64,000 bases of DNA from Botryllus schlosseri. Its lineage: Eukaryota. The notes under the pieces were generated by a model. The model ran no database searches, had not been told where the DNA came from, and worked only from the letters and a program-made list of their open reading frames with translations. Of the stretch, positions 26,695 through 40,906 are shown in pieces. Positions within the stretch are counted from its first letter, which is position 1, and the number at the start of each line of letters is the position of its first letter. The DNA is taken from NCBI GenBank assembly GCA_051294905.1, contig CM119372.1, positions 38,504,001-38,568,000 on the forward strand. The letters run 5' to 3'. The translations under genes and the position numbers were made by a program.

Positions 26695-27039
26695 GTGAGT
26701 CTAATGCCAATATTGTCATGTCATTGTATCTTTTTATACTTTATTTAATATTTATTTTTGTAAATCTTCGTCATATATACATATATGTGTGTGTGTGTTC
26801 ATTGGGAATACACAATATTAACTGCTATATAATATATCAGGGCCCGAATCTCTGTAATGCTCTTCGTTTTTGCGAATTGGCTCTATTTTTTCATATAGCA
26901 ACGAATTTAGCTAATTCTGGTACGTTTCATGTTTGAAGCCAGGTTGCATTTCACCTTGAAAAACAGCGCATACTGAATGTTTTCCTAAGTTCACCAGAAC
27001 TAAAACCACGGGAATGAGCAAAACCTGGACACACTATAA

Positions 27040-27798
27040 CGGTGGTTCACAACCAGGGGTCCGCGAAGCATTTTCAGGGGGTCCGCGAAACCTGCACATT
27101 TGCAAAATGGCTGATAATCTGATATGTGTTTATTTGAAATCAGAAAAATCGCGCGACACTTTCGCTTCATAATTGCTTGCTAAAACTTCACGACCAACAT
27201 AAACAGAATGGCCATATGAGTTGATATATTATACTATGTAAACTCATTTTAACTGCGAATAGTCTAAACATATTGCTGTTTAGAGATGTTTTGTGGGACT
27301 TTGGAAAAATTTGCTCGAAAAACTCCTATGATATACATAACCGCTATTCCAGAATAACTTCAAAATAAAAATGACTAGGATGAAAATTATATAATCATAA
27401 AATAACTGTTTCATAATTTAGGTGTCATATACGTTACGACCATACACACAGGTGTCGTTGGAAGCGTTACGCGTTATTATTACATTCGCGACAATCTTTG
27501 TGGAAATGGATTTTCGGCACTCGTTCATATCGAATCCACGGTGATGACTTTCAAGACAAGACCGCGTATTTCGAGAAATGCAGCTACGCAATTCTCTTTG
27601 AAATCATAAAAATGTTCCCAATTTGTACATAAATAGTATGATGTTGTTTTCAAATGTAATTTTGTTGCTGTTTATCACTACCCTACAGTTAATATTTGAA
27701 TAAGACGGACGACGGTTACACGATAATTGAGTCAAACTGTATCAAAACTTTGGGGTTCCGCGGGGTCTGCGAAGAGAAAAAAGTTTAGAACCACGGCT
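27040..27798. mobile_element. Charlie-type hAT MITE
   Basis: CGGTGGTTCACAACC...GGGGTCCGCG start and AAAAAGTTTAGAACCACGG end. Confidence 0.75.
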
Positions 27799-28033
27799 CT
27801 ATGAGATTGCGTAAGGAAGAAATGCTGAATAAATTTATTCTTTTTCAATAATAAATGTCTCATTTATTCGTAGTTTCATTAGATTACCGTAACACATATT
27901 GCAATTTGCGAGGTTAAGCTTCAATACCCTATTACAGCTTGCTCGTCTGCAATATATTTATATTATATTAGCAAATCGACCGTCGTCGGCTGCAAAGTGT
28001 AATTAAAAAAAACATTTTGTGATTCACATTCAG

Positions 28034-28057
28034 ACGAAAATAACACGGGTGAAGCGG
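28034..28057 (+). CDS. Micro-exon E, 24 nt (DENNTGEA), paralogous to exon C
   Basis: ACATTCAG acceptor, GAAGCGG|GTGAGT donor; phase 1. Flanking intron sequence is homologous to that around exon C. Confidence 0.68.
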
Positions 28058-30488
28058 GTGAGTGAGACGATGAATGTGTTTATATCTGTTTCCTTTCCGA
28101 ATCTACAAAATGCCTCTTTTAAAGAACAGCACATCCACATCATTACACAAATAAACACTTTCTTAAAATGCTCAACTGTCCCTTTAAATTACCATAAGGA
28201 TGATTGTGCCTGCTCGGAATCCTTTGTTTGCTAAAACCGCTGTGACAGTGCCAATTCGCCTACTTGCACTGTCAGCATTTAACGAAGTTTGTTTAAACTT
28301 ATCCGTGGTTTTATTATATTACCTGTCCGAAACAAGTTTTAGACCTCTTATACACAGTTTCGTACAACACTTGCACCAGTTTGACGTACGCTCAAATTAG
28401 ACCATGAACTCTCTATTACGAAAACATGCAGAATTATACTATTCAATGGTCTAAAGAAATTTAAATGTGACCTTTCTTTTCTCCAATTATTGAACAAATC
28501 GTCCAACTCATTGCATTTTAGAGTTGAGATTTACAATCTTCACATTTTTGGCGGACTGACAGGTAGCTTGTCACGGACCGACAGCCCGACACCGGTCCGC
28601 TAACCGGCGCGGTTAAAAACCTCTTGTTCAAGCGAACGGTTGCTGCACCCTGTCATACAGCGTAAAATCGTATCGCATTGCCACTTCCTATGTTTGATAA
28701 TAATTTATGAAATTTCGTACCATATTTTCACATAGTTATTTTGGAAACAGTATTTGTTGTTTTTTCTTTTTGATCTATGGGGAAAAAATCCGTAAGTGGG
28801 TAGTAGGCTATTACTTGACTTTATATGCGAACTACGCGATTTGCCGTTTGAAAACGATGAAGTATGTTTTTATTACATTAGCGGTCTACTCATTAGCTAC
28901 TATCTCATCTGATGTAGTATTCGGTGATGTGACAGGAAAAAATTGATATATAACAATATTTCCATTCATATTGCGTTCTTACAATGGTCGTTTTCGGGAG
29001 GTATTAGTTTATATTACTGATCTAGACGGCTTGCTTTGCAGGCAAATGTATTAGTATAATGTCATAACGTTCAGAATATCATGACTAGGATAAAAACAAT
29101 CGAAGAGAGTAGGCTACCTATCTCATCTCGGCCTATTTGAAAAGTCACAAGTCACATCCACTTCTTAAATAACCGCCGTAAAAGTGTAGAGATACATCAG
29201 GAAATCGAACTCTTCAACTTGCAATGGGTCTATATATGAAGGCGTGACTTGATATTTTAGCCGAAGACAAGAAACATGAGGTATATGTGTACCACGGATT
29301 TGCGGGATGTAACCGTGATTGCCGCAAAGAATTTTCAAAGGATTTACTCTGGGTAAGATGTTGGCCGCCACGTTATCACGTTTTTTCTGATACAATGTGT
29401 CCTGTCCAAGGCAGGATTGCCCTCGCGTTTCGTATTGATTGAAAAATTACATTCGGATTCGCAAATAATGGATATTTTCAATATTTTCAAAGCAAGTGTG
29501 GCGCTTATCGCCAGAAACGACTCTATGCAGCTATGCGCCTATTTTCTGCTCTCCAGTCTCATCTTATACGTTCGTTCGTCTTCATCGTTGCGTTGCTACC
29601 TAATTCAAGCTTGGTTTGTTCTGTTAATTTTGAAGACACTACATGCGCAGCAGAGTTGGATCAATTACAATATTTTAATTCAATTACAATTACAATTACA
29701 ATTACTGTTAAACATGTAATTAATTACAATTACAATTATAATTACAATTATTTTTAAACAGGTAATTGATTCAGTAAAGAGGTGTTCTTTGACAACCGTA
29801 GCGACGTAATTAGCAACAATCTCAAGCTATTCAGTTTCATTCCTAGTATGTAGAATACCCTTTAATTAAAAAAAAGCTCGAACGTATTCGAACTATTCCT
29901 AATCATGAGTACTGAAAACTACAAGCACAGAAAAATGTTTCTAGCGACTGTTAAGAACCAAAGGTTTGAGCGACTAATAGCGAATAGGCTATAGGACAGT
30001 CAATGAAATGTAACCAAACGATTAGGCTACTCAAAGCTAAGTCGGGATAATGAAATGTAGCCTAATTGGTAAAGCGTCAGCGATAAGGATGATACCGATA
30101 AGGTGTGTAAAACAAAAATAAATGCAAAAGGGAAGAATCTCCTGATTACTAAGAATTATAATATTTTTGTTCGCATTTACATTTTCACTTGCTCGGAAAC
30201 TGTTAGATTGAATTTGATGAACATTAGGGTGCGAAAAGTTTCTGGCCCCAGTAAATATGGCCAAGATCGGAGGTAAGATTGGGATAAAATCTCTACAAAT
30301 GCGCAATCAAGTTTGATGAAGCCTTGGTTGGAAACTTGAATTTTTTTGCTATTGTTGCAACAAGCCTTGGTACTGGTCAGAGATTTAAGAAAAACTTTGA
30401 CCGTGGTGTAGGAAATGGTTCAGCACAGGTTTCAGAAGAGTTTATTTGCTGTTCATCCATTTTTGAAATATTAAGATTTAGTTTGGCC

Positions 30489-32137
30489 CACTGGTTCTCC
30501 AACTTTTTTAGACTAGCTCCCCTTTACGACAGTGAATATTTCGTGCCTCCCTTATCGGCATTTGACTGTGTCAATCATTCCAAACTAGTTGCTAAACTTG
30601 AATTCTATGGTATACGTGGACTTGCAAAAATGTATTTCGAATCTAACTTAAATAATAGGAAGCAATTTGTTCATATTGGAACAACGCGTTCACAATTACT
30701 GCCCATTCAGACTGGTGTACCTCAGGGATCAGTTCTCGGGCCCCTGCTGTTCATAATTTACATCAATGATATTGGTCATTTATTTGACGATGACATCACG
30801 CTGTTTGCTGATGACACCAGTCTAGTTATACCCGGTACAAATTTATCTGATGCATTTCACAACATTAACACTAAGCTATCGACAGTTTCAAAATGGATGG
30901 CATCTAACCAACTTCAGCTCAATGCCTCCAAGACCAAAACTATTGTTTCATACAAAAGTGAATCGAAGTGAAATTATAGTAAATAACGCACATCTTGATA
31001 CACATAAAACTGTTAAATATCTTGGCATTATCATTGATGATAAACTCAGATGGTCTAATCATATCAACAATATAAAAACTAAAATCTCGCGTGGTGTCGG
31101 GGCTCTCTATCGCCTTAAAAATTTAATTCCTCATCAGACTCTCAGATCAGTCTACTATGCCTTAATTCACTGCTATCTCACTTATGGGATCCTAGTTTGG
31201 GGATCTGCTGCAAAAAACGTCTGCAGAAATTGCAAGTATTGCAAAACCGAGCCATACGAATTCTCTGTCGGAAATCTAGATATGAAAATTATAATAGCAT
31301 GTATCGAAGCGTTGGAATATTGAAAGTGGAAGACATTTTCAAATTTGAGGTTATGAAATTTATGCATAGCTATCATCGGGTGAACTGCCACTATATTTTG
31401 ATAATCTGTTCAAGATACCTTCAGATACCCACCAACATCATATCAGATTTTATTCTAACTTGTCTCTGTCTGTACAACACCACTCTACCAGTCTAGTACA
31501 AAATTCGATCAGTTTTATTGGTGTCAATGTTTGGAACAAGCTGCCACCTATTCTCCGCAATTTAGACTCTTGTGCATTTAAAAAAACAATGTTTTCATTC
31601 CCTTATCTCTAACTACGGCTAAATTGTATTTGCATTGTATTTCGAATTAGTCCATGATACTGTGTCTTAATTTTCTTTTCGTTCGTTGGTTAATTTTTGT
31701 TTTTGTTTTGTTTATTAGTTATCAACTGTGAAAATTGCTCCTGTCCTGGGTGGCTCAGCTCTTAAGACTTTGTCATATCGAGCCTCCCGTCTACCCTACA
31801 TGTCGCATTTCACTGTTACATTTTGGTAGTGTAATGTTGATATGTAATGTATACGAATAAAGGTTCTCTCTCTCTCTCTCTCTCTCTCTCTTGTCATAGC
31901 GCACAATGAAACCAAAAAGTTAGCTATCCTTACATATAGTTCGATGGTAATGAAGGTTATGACTGTTGATGAGAGAATTCTCCAATACGAAATACAGATT
32001 ATACACCGTGAAATAACCATAAAACGGAGGTGAATCGGGTCAAGCGCGGAAAAGATTTCAGCTCACCGGAGCGTCGCGCCCCGTTCAGATGCTTTCACGC
32101 CACCCAAGCGGGCACGCCCCCAGTTTGAGAACCACTG
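30489..32137. mobile_element. Charlie-type MITE interrupted by a LINE
   Basis: CACTGGTTCTCCAACT ... AGTTTGAGAACCACTG. TSD GTTTGGCC / GTTTAGCC. The two halves match 12879-13182. Confidence 0.85.
30557..31890 (+). mobile_element. 5'-truncated non-LTR retrotransposon (CR1/L2 group) with frameshifted reverse transcriptase
   Basis: AFDCVNH...GVPQGSVLGPLLFIIYIND...LFADDT, then KYLGIIIDDKLRWSNHI...YGILVWG and LQVLQNRAIR in shifted frames. 3' end AATAAA followed by a (CT)n tail. Confidence 0.95.
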
Positions 32138-32589
32138 GTTTAGCCTATATTGTAATTCACAAAGTTTTCTGTTGCTACTGGAGCATGGGAAATAGTTTAG
32201 CGTAACTGAATTATATAGTTATAACCCAGTGCGCATAGAACACCGATATAAATAGGCTAATTATTACATGTGGTGACTGTCTACTAAGGCCTTAAGACCC
32301 TCGTCGTCATCCTGGTTCGTACCGGATTTTCACTGTTGCGACGAATAAGTGATTGAATAATTGATTATTTTATGTTGTAATTGTCAGGTTTCCATGAAAA
32401 AGTAATTGAGATTGTAATTGAGCAAAATTTTGATCAAATTACAATTACAATTACATTTACAATTACATGAAAAAATGTAATAAATTACATTCAGCTAAAT
32501 TACAAATTACAATTGATCCAACTCTGATTCGCAGTGGAGTTCGCGATGAGGAGTCCAGATCAATCTCTGACACGTAGAGTCTGAGAGGA

Positions 32590-33823
32590 TAGTCTGGTCG
32601 CCAACTCAAAACGGGTCGCGGGCCACTTTTCAAAATTCGTCGAGGCCGCGGGCCGCATGACTTCTATATCGAGATTAAAATAGGTAACGCAGTTAAACTG
32701 TCACGTTTTGATAATTCTACGTCAGCACAACGCGAACATGGGCAACAAACAAATCGTGATTAGTCATGTTATGAATAAGCATCATATGGACCCTTTATCC
32801 AGTCGTGCGTAGCGCGAAAAAAAAATTTCATGTTCTTGAGTGAATTTCGTCATTATCATAAGTAAATTTCCACATATTACCATGAAATATTTATCGTTTC
32901 TCAGTTCATGTAATCGAATTCATCGGTAGAGTTGATGCAGGGGGCGTCCACGAAAATTTAGGGAAGTTATTAATGCTGTGCTGCATCTTTGGGTGGGCAA
33001 ATTGTTTTTAGTCCCTTTTGCTGCATGTTGTTATTTCTCGACATCTCATCAGCAGTTCGGTATAGTGGGAAGATATTGGATTCGCCCAAACATAGGCCTA
33101 CCAGAAACAAATTTTCTTCGTGGTGAGGAGAACACGATTACAAATTGGTATTTATTTATGGTGCGCATCATTTTCCTCTGCAGTTCGCATCTGTACTATG
33201 GGGATCAGATTACAAAGGACACTACTAAATAAAGATCGAAAATCTACTCGCACTGAACCGCGCGTAGAGCGAAGAAAATTTCAAGAATAATTCAAGCCTC
33301 TTAATAATTATTCAATTCGTAAATTCAATTTGCATATTGACGGCCACTAACACAATCTATTCAAAATAAGTGTCGACGGCCGCATAATTTTCCTTCTACT
33401 GCCGCAGATTCGCCACCGATGGACCAAAGAATCGATATTGTGGGTAGCTTGACACTGTACTTGCTGGAAAACTATCTCCTCGTAAAGCTTGGTCTTTTGG
33501 GAAGCCCGTCGTCGTTTTCTAAGCGTCCCGTCCCGGTCTTGGCAATGGTGGGCCATTGCAAGTCAAGGCAATATGCCAATTCATATAAGCAAATTTTTCC
33601 TCCATGGAATGATATTACAATCGCAGAAACTGTAAGAGCTAGTGAGAAATATTGACATTGGGCACAGGAGAATAGCTTACTTTGAATAACAACAACAATA
33701 ATATGTCTATACTAAAATCAATTTCAGCATTTCAAAATGCTTTACTAAGCGTTCTTCCGAAATTTCAAATCAGGTCGCGGGCCGCAAAATATGACTTCGC
33801 GGGCCGCGTGTTGGTTACCCCTG
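32590..33823. mobile_element. Degenerate Charlie-type MITE
   Basis: GCGGGCCGC subterminal motifs at both ends; right end GTTGGTTACCCCTG; left TIR decayed. Confidence 0.6.
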
Positions 33824-34106
33824 GTCTAAACCGATGTACGAGCGTAATGGTTAACTGTCATTAGCATATCACCACTACGCACCTCATGTTGCAACAATTA
33901 TCGATTGAATCATATTTAACAGGCACTGGCGGGGTCTGCAATCTGGGTAATCGTTCTGTGCCTCGACGGCGATTACATAGCATGCGCGAGTACCATCACT
34001 CCATACAGGGATTTCAACTGCTCCAATTTCGTGTCCTCAGAGCTTCGTAAGTCAGACTGTATTGACTCAAATGTGTGATTCTCATGACTATCATAATCGC
34101 TTACAC

Positions 34107-35302
34107 CAGTGGTTCCCAACCTTTTTCGACTCATCGCCCCCTTTTGAAGCTCGACACCGATCATCGCCCCCCAAATACTGGGAAACTAAATACAGCACTT
34201 CGTCAGCCCCCCAACGTTGGTCTTTGGCCAACCCCAGACCCCCTTAAGCCAGTGGGCCTGTATCGCTACATATGAGCTATACCCTATTTCATGTCCTGTT
34301 TGGTGAGTCACCATATTTCGCCTCAACGCGCGAAGCGCTACAAATATATATAATTCATGTTTGAATCGGTCAACATGGTCGGGAATTGCATATATATTGC
34401 TATCAATTTTTTTTATCGTCTTTCTGTTCGTGTAATCAGATTTACCAGTAGAGCTGAGTGTGGTGTGCTGGAATAGGTAAGACCCCTGAATATTAATTAA
34501 ACATCTTCGGGCGGAATCGTTATTACTTGACTTCGTTACAAGATGCTATTTCGTGACCTCCTATATCTGCTACCGGTATGTCAGAAGATATGGAAATCGT
34601 CAAAACGTACCAAACTAAAAGACGCACATGATTTCAAATTGGTATCTCTGTAATGGCAATTTTTTCCTTGCGGAATGGCATTTGTCTTGTAGGGTTAAGG
34701 TCGCCAGGACAGGGACATTCGACGCCAACCATTTAGGCGCCTATGGACAATTAAACATATATGTATTTATATCGAAGTTTTCGGTCAGCACAAGGGCATT
34801 CCTTTTCGGCCAAGGCCTTCTCTCTGCTGATCGTTCTGGCACACTTCTCGGAGTCGCATGTTACAAGGCCTCGAACTTCATATTACTTGGTGCGTCGTGG
34901 CGCAGTATTGACCGACGCCAAAGTCTCCCATTTCCATAAATCATGCGTATTTTTGTTGGGTGAAGGATACCCCAAAATCAAAATATATGATAATATTAAA
35001 TCGCGCCCAGCGCGAAAAATTTTTGAAAAAGTTGCATGAATTTCTAAAAGATTACTCGATAATTAAGGTTAATTCACGAAACAATTTTGGCCCCCCCTCG
35101 AGTTCGGGCCCCCACCCCCAATTGGGGAGTTTGGGATGCGGTAGTTATGGCCCCGACTCCAATATAGCCGCTTTAACGCGTCATCGCCCCCTATCGCCCC
35201 CTTCGTCCGTTTTCGCCCCCTATCGCCCCCTTCGTTATTTTCGCCCCCTTAGACCGCCAAATCGCCCCCTGGGGGCGATATCGCCCACGTTGGGAACCAC
35301 TG
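34107..35302. mobile_element. Charlie-type MITE with TCGCCCC repeats
   Basis: TIRs CAGTGGTTCCCAAC / GTTGGGAACCACTG. Perfect TSD GCTTACAC. Confidence 0.92.
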
Positions 35303-36219
35303 GCTTACACTATACATCAGTGGTTGTCAACCTTTTCCGGTTCCGCGTGCCACATTGACGTTCTGTTTGATTTTACTGTGTACCGACAAATGAACGAAAA
35401 ACTCACATCTAAGCCTAATGTATATATGATTATTAACAGGGGCGGATTAGCAACTTTTGGGCCCTGAAATTTCAAAATAAATGCGCATCACGAGCTAACA
35501 CACACTATCACGACGAAATTTATTTTGAAGCGTACAATTGTTTCTTATTCGCAAGCCGATTGTGGCGGGGTGTAACTGAGTCGAATGACGCATAAATTTT
35601 TCAACTGTGCTTTCGAGGAAGACATTTCTGACATTTGAAAAATATGTTGATAATTTGTGAAAAGTATAATTTTACTTACCGTTGCTAAGTTCGTAATAAG
35701 TTGGAATAAGTTCATTTAGTTACCGCTTGATTTGAATTAGCTGAAGACCGTGGCGCATAAGGCCATAAATGGCGATAAGCGTCACTCAGATTAGAATTTT
35801 CAGTAATGATAATAATAATAATTTACTTCAAAATAAATGCATTTACGGCGTGCTAACTACAATGATTTCACGTACCCCCGATTGAGAACCACATCACTAA
35901 ATGGTCGCGCAAAACCTGTGTTGCATTTCGCCAATGGCTCTCCAGCAATATTTTCAGACCACAGGTAATATATACTGCAAATAGACGCTGAAAACGACAA
36001 ACTTATGAGTGCTCACGAAGTATGCAACACTCGTTCGGTCATTATCTGCCTGGCAGAGAGCAACTTGCGTTTGGAACCCCTCCACACCTTCCATTAGCCT
36101 TGGAATCACTCCGTGAATGATTATTCTTATATAAACATATTATCGCGTTATGTATCAATCAACCATCATTGATAACCGAAATTTTCGTAGTTCTTCCAAA
36201 ATATCGAACAAATTGAATA

Positions 36220-36461
36220 CAGCTGCAACACCGATGGGTTACGGGTTCGAGTCCAGCCGCGGTCGACTTCAAAATTCCTACTTAAATGTTAGAGGTTTAT
36301 CTAGGCTCCTCCTCGCCATGTCATCCACGTGAGGGTGTCTTACAAAAAGCCTAGAAGTGAGCCGTGCCACAAGTCGGCAGATACGGAATCGAATATAAGC
36401 AATTTCGGCATGGTGCAAATGACCATAGCAGTCGACATACACCATGAACACAACAAACAAA
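36220..36461 (+). mobile_element. tRNA-derived SINE
   Basis: GGGTTCGAGTCC B-box; aligns with 21001-21257. Confidence 0.8.
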
Positions 36462-36984
36462 CTGGAAAATCAACCTTACCAAATTAGATTAGAAGTTGAA
36501 TAACAGCTACACCGTTGTCTCAAATTATATCAGAATTAGGAGTATAGCTACAAAGTTTTCTTTTCCAAATTAGAATAAAATGAGAATTAAAACTACACAG
36601 TTTTTTTCCAAATGAGCTTAACATTTCACTTGGACAATGAGTCAAGTTCCGTTCATATCAAATTATAGTTCATTCTGATGATCGTGAGAGGAGCAAATGT
36701 TAGTGCAGCAAGCTTGGCCCATTTCGCACTTTGCAGTTCTTCAGTAGCATTTGCCGGAATATCAGCAAATAGATTAGCGGTAATATTATAGCATAGAAAC
36801 CTTTCACAAATTAGATCAGAAGTAAATTACCGACATTTCGCTCGAACTAGTATAATTAGACAACCAAAATCATCATCAGGGGTTCCCCTTTACCCCCTTA
36901 TTACTGTAATAATGCCATCTAATCAAGCAACTCCGTACTGTCACATTTAGGGTTGAATTTAAAACATGCTTGAAACAAGGCCCT

Positions 36985-37275
36985 TCAATCGTCACGTCAT
37001 AGTGAATTGGCATTGGAAATTGAAAATACAGTGTAAATATAGCTCCATTGACGAGATATCTACGTAATATAACTGTTGAACCGACTATTTTGAGGGTTCC
37101 AACAATCCCATATCGTATACGTCTGCTATATCGGGTGGTAACCGTCCGTAAGGTTCATACAACATGTTTTTAGGAAGGTATTTCCACAATTATGGCATAA
37201 TTATATAACCTAAATAAAAAACAATTTTTTTAAAGGCCTTTGTTTGAAACACTGTTCAAAACATGTTTTAAACAA
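36985..37275. repeat. Unclassified dispersed repeat, with an inverted copy at ~63660-63935
   Basis: Shared blocks TTGAACCGACTATTTT, GGGTTCCAAC.ATCCCATATCG and TTTTTTTAAAGGC.TTTGTTTGAAACA. Confidence 0.75.
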
Positions 37276-37465
37276 CCATTTGTCGCATCGAGCGTTGAAT
37301 AGCTTACAGCTGGACGCCGTCAATGCTATTATAATAGAACATCTTAACTAAGCCCACTCTGGCCTTATATGTAGGACTAAGTGCGGGCGTACTTTGTGTT
37401 AGCAGACGTATGCTACTTAATACCAACTCAAAAATCTTGAGGTATGGGACTCAGTGATACATGTG

Positions 37466-38790
37466 CAGAGGTGGTCAGTAACGAAGTACTTCTACTTTTT
37501 CGAAGTACTCAAGTATTTTTCCTCTACTTCTGGTACTTACTCAAGTAGATCTGGTTTTGCTACTTCTACTTCTCCTTCTCTATTTTGTGATTCACTTACT
37601 TACTTTTCGCTATTTTGAGTTTGCCAAGTAGAAGTAGTTCAATCTTCCAATAAGGAAGGTAGCCTGAGGAATTTCGGGGCTGTTTTCACGGAGTACCAAC
37701 ATTTAATTTCCATAAAAGTTGAGTAAAGCACAGAATTTTAGTCGCGCTAAGCGCGCAGTGGTATGGGCGTTGCCAGTATGATTTAACGAAAGTATCGATG
37801 AATATAATTTAGGTTGCGGGTAGACGTGATTCCTTTCACACAGGGATATCTAGAACTAGACATTCCTGAGTTCACACCACATTGTCGCCCTTCGCTTATA
37901 TGAAATAATTCATCGCAGTATATATGGCTCATCATAACGTTTGAAACTGATGTTTCGCAATCTAGCATTTACTTGTCATATCGTAATTTAGCATGTCCAT
38001 GGCGCTTCGTAATCTGGAAAAGTGGACTCTGACATTTTTTTGTTAGTTTTAGAGCTGTTTCAGCATACCACCTTTGAAACTTTCTGGACTAAAGGCATGA
38101 AAAACGTGTTCCACTTTTAGAACAAGTATTTATGTTTCATTTTCAATTCCCAGTATCATATACTTTGAGTTATAATTAATATCACTTCTTTTACATGGAT
38201 AACATACATGTTGGAGTATAAATGCAAGTGTAGTAATGCCTTTAATTACTGGAAATAAAGCTACACAATATGGCATTTTAACGGTCCATCGTATTTTTTA
38301 TTAGCGTTTACTAATTGCGCAAAGTGTTTACACCGTATCCTATACAACTTCTCCGTATTGCTCGTCGATTAAACTACGGACCTTATAATATGGGGGATGG
38401 CGCCATACAATGCTATTTTTCAAAAACGTGCTGTTCAAGAAAACAGGATAAGTATCGCCTTTTCATAGCAATCCTATCAATTTCATCCCGTGATGAGGAC
38501 GAACGGTTATGCTATCGAAAATTGTATACCTGCTGGTATGCATCAATGTGAATCAAGCTCGACACCTTTCACATAGCTCAATTTGCACCTTTATACAATC
38601 CACGTGAACAAATCAGGATCGTTTTAACAACTACTTACTTACTTGAGTACTTTTAAAGTCAGTGAATTCTACTTCTATTTCAAGTAGTTTTAGGCTGCTT
38701 ATGGTAGAAGTAATTCTACTTGTACTTGAGTATATTTTTTCTTCGCTACTTCTACTTGAGTAGCTTTCTGGACTACTTTGACCACCTCTG
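37466..38790. mobile_element. hAT MITE with (CTACTT)n-like arrays
   Basis: TIRs CAGAGGTGGTCA / TGACCACCTCTG. Perfect TSD TACATGTG. Confidence 0.92.
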
Positions 38791-38848
38791 TACATGTGTC
38801 ACTAGTTGCATTTACGGACGGCATGCGTGATCAGTATTTCGTTTTCAG

Positions 38849-38993
38849 CACCATACTCCAGCCAATACAAACACAATAAAGACTGGTCTCGCGGTGCTGC
38901 TGGAATTGCTATCCTTATCGGTTTGTGTGTTCTGATGATGTGGAAAGGTTGTTGTTGCTGCACCTTCAAAGACAGGAGATGCAGATGGGGATG
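38849..38993 (+). CDS. Exon F: transmembrane helix plus Cys-rich juxtamembrane segment
   Basis: TTTCGTTTTCAG acceptor, GTAAGT donor; phase 1 to phase 2. APYSSQYKHNKDWSRGAAGIAILIGLCVLMMWKGCCCCTFKDRRCRWG. Confidence 0.78.
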
Positions 38994-39159
38994 GTAAGTT
39001 TAGCAGGCGTCAATATATGAATTTGAGGAGCTATGCAACCAATCACGTGGCCGGGGTTTGAAATGAATTGAGTTCCATTCGTTCCATACGGCGCAAGTGT
39101 CATAAACGCCCCCGCAAGCTCCTTGTTATAATCCCTTCCTCTCACTGCAACAATTGTCG

Positions 39160-39350
39160 CATTCCGTTTCACGGCATCAAAATGTCTCTACCGCGGCCAC
39201 CCTCTATTCCGTTTATTGGAGATCGGCAGTCCAAGCCTCTTCTAGCTTATATACTCTCTATCCGTTCGTCCATACCAAACCATACCATATTGCGATGTCT
39301 TCTCTACCATGTAGGTGCCTTCAGTCTCTGGAAACAGGAGTCAGCGTCGG
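39160..39350 (-). mobile_element. RTE-like LINE 3' remnant
   Basis: Minus strand VWYGR...KRNRGWPR*RHFDAVK resembles the RTE C-terminal W.GH...KR.RGRPR.RW.D.V motif. Confidence 0.45.
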
Positions 39351-39915
39351 GATCAAGTTACTATACCTTCGAGTCACAAGTCATCTCGAGTCATTGCACA
39401 TTTTTGCACGAGTAAAGTCAAGTTAATCGATTTTTTAACTGGGCTCGAGTCAAGTCAAGTCACCCGAATGCAAGATACAGCGATTGTCGTCGATACGATT
39501 ACATGATGACTTGAAACTGACTCATAAATTTTCCTCCGAGTCACGAGTAAATCCATATTCGTAAGAGGCCGAGTTAAGTCAAGTCATTGTTGCAAAGGGA
39601 CTCGAGTCAAGTCAAGTCTTACGAGACTCGAGTCATACCAACACTGACATGAGAGGGTTCAAAATAACTAGATACACCGTCCATGCCTATTAGTGATTGA
39701 ACAATGACAATAAAACAGGTAGAACCAGCAATAACCTGACCACTTCTGCAGATTTTCGAGATCGAAATACATTTTCGCGATGTTATTCAATATCCCTAAA
39801 CCTGCATATGTAATCCACCTAACAAAACCGGCGGACGTAACCTTACCTCACTTGTACAATAAGGTGTTATTTTTATGTCTGGTAATAGTGCGCTAATAAA
39901 AGAAGACGGTTCAGG

Positions 39916-40906
39916 TAGGGATTGTGTGAACCTCTGAAAGGTTCGGGTTCGTGTGAACGCGAACCTTTTTGAAAGGTTCTGTGTGAACACGAACGTGAAC
40001 CTCGTGACGTCACATTGCTAATTCCAACCCTATCTTTCAATGAAGTGATAGCCTATATTAATGTACATTGCACACGATACCTAGCGAAGACTCGGGCCAC
40101 ATAATGTCACATTGCTGAAGTACATATTGGCGTTTTAAACGTCGCTAAATGTATCAACCGCGGTTATCAAAGGATGTAATAATCTCATAAAATCAATACA
40201 TTCCGTCGCTTTGCCAACAATTTCGACGAGGACTTACCAGGGAATATAAGCTTACGCCTCAACGGTCTTAGCCAGACCGGACAATGTGTTCGGAGTCTGA
40301 GTATTGCTACATATATATATTGAGCAGAGTGTAAAACGGGTTTCTATACTCGCTACCGATACCATAAACAACAAGTTATATAGCAGTAGCCAGCACCTTA
40401 ATCGCACGGATTTGGTTTTAATGATACAGTAAAGATATGAAGTCAAGATTGACCACGTACGACCGCTCGATTTTTTACATCTGAAAACGATATCAATGTC
40501 ATTGATTGATTGAATAAGCATTATTCGTTGACTACGTGTATCGCTCGTGATGTTGTGTGATTGCGGGTCAAGCGCACATCAGAGAGTCACTAAATATTCA
40601 CAAACGGAAAGCTGGATATTTCGAGAAATTTTTTGCAACAAAAAAGCAAGTAAAACTTTCAAGGTTGTCAAGGTGCATGCTCGTTTAGCGTTGATTTTTT
40701 ATGCTGCCAGCGCCATGCATAGAGTGACCCGCAGTAGAAATGCAATAAATTTGAACCAAAGATCTTATAATGAAGTGCAAATTACAATTTATTAAAAAAG
40801 TTCACAGTGCAGAACCTACCAAGGTTCTGTTGTGAACGCGAACCTCAAAATTTCCGAGGTTCACACACAGAACGCGAACGTGAACCTCACGTTCACACCA
40901 TCCCTA
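39916..40906. mobile_element. hAT MITE, TAGGGATGGTGTGAAC family, 991 bp
   Basis: TIRs TAGGGATTGTGTGAAC / GTTCACACCATCCCTA. Perfect TSD GGTTCAGG. Confidence 0.95.

Larger units (their letters stand above)
29651..32526. mobile_element. hAT MITE with (AATTAC)n arrays, carrying a nested MITE and LINE
   Basis: TIRs CAGAGTTGGATCAATT / AATTGATCCAACTCTG. TSD ATGCGCAG / ATTCGCAG. Confidence 0.9.

Noticed and set aside
30324..30971. Intact host reverse transcriptase gene, retron or DGR
   Set aside because: 5'-truncated, frameshifted LINE RT; the ORF's N-terminus is read-through of MITE sequence.
35958..35964. 7-nt micro-exon TTTCAG|ACCACAG|GTAATA
   Set aside because: Not a multiple of 3; it would break the exon E-F frame.
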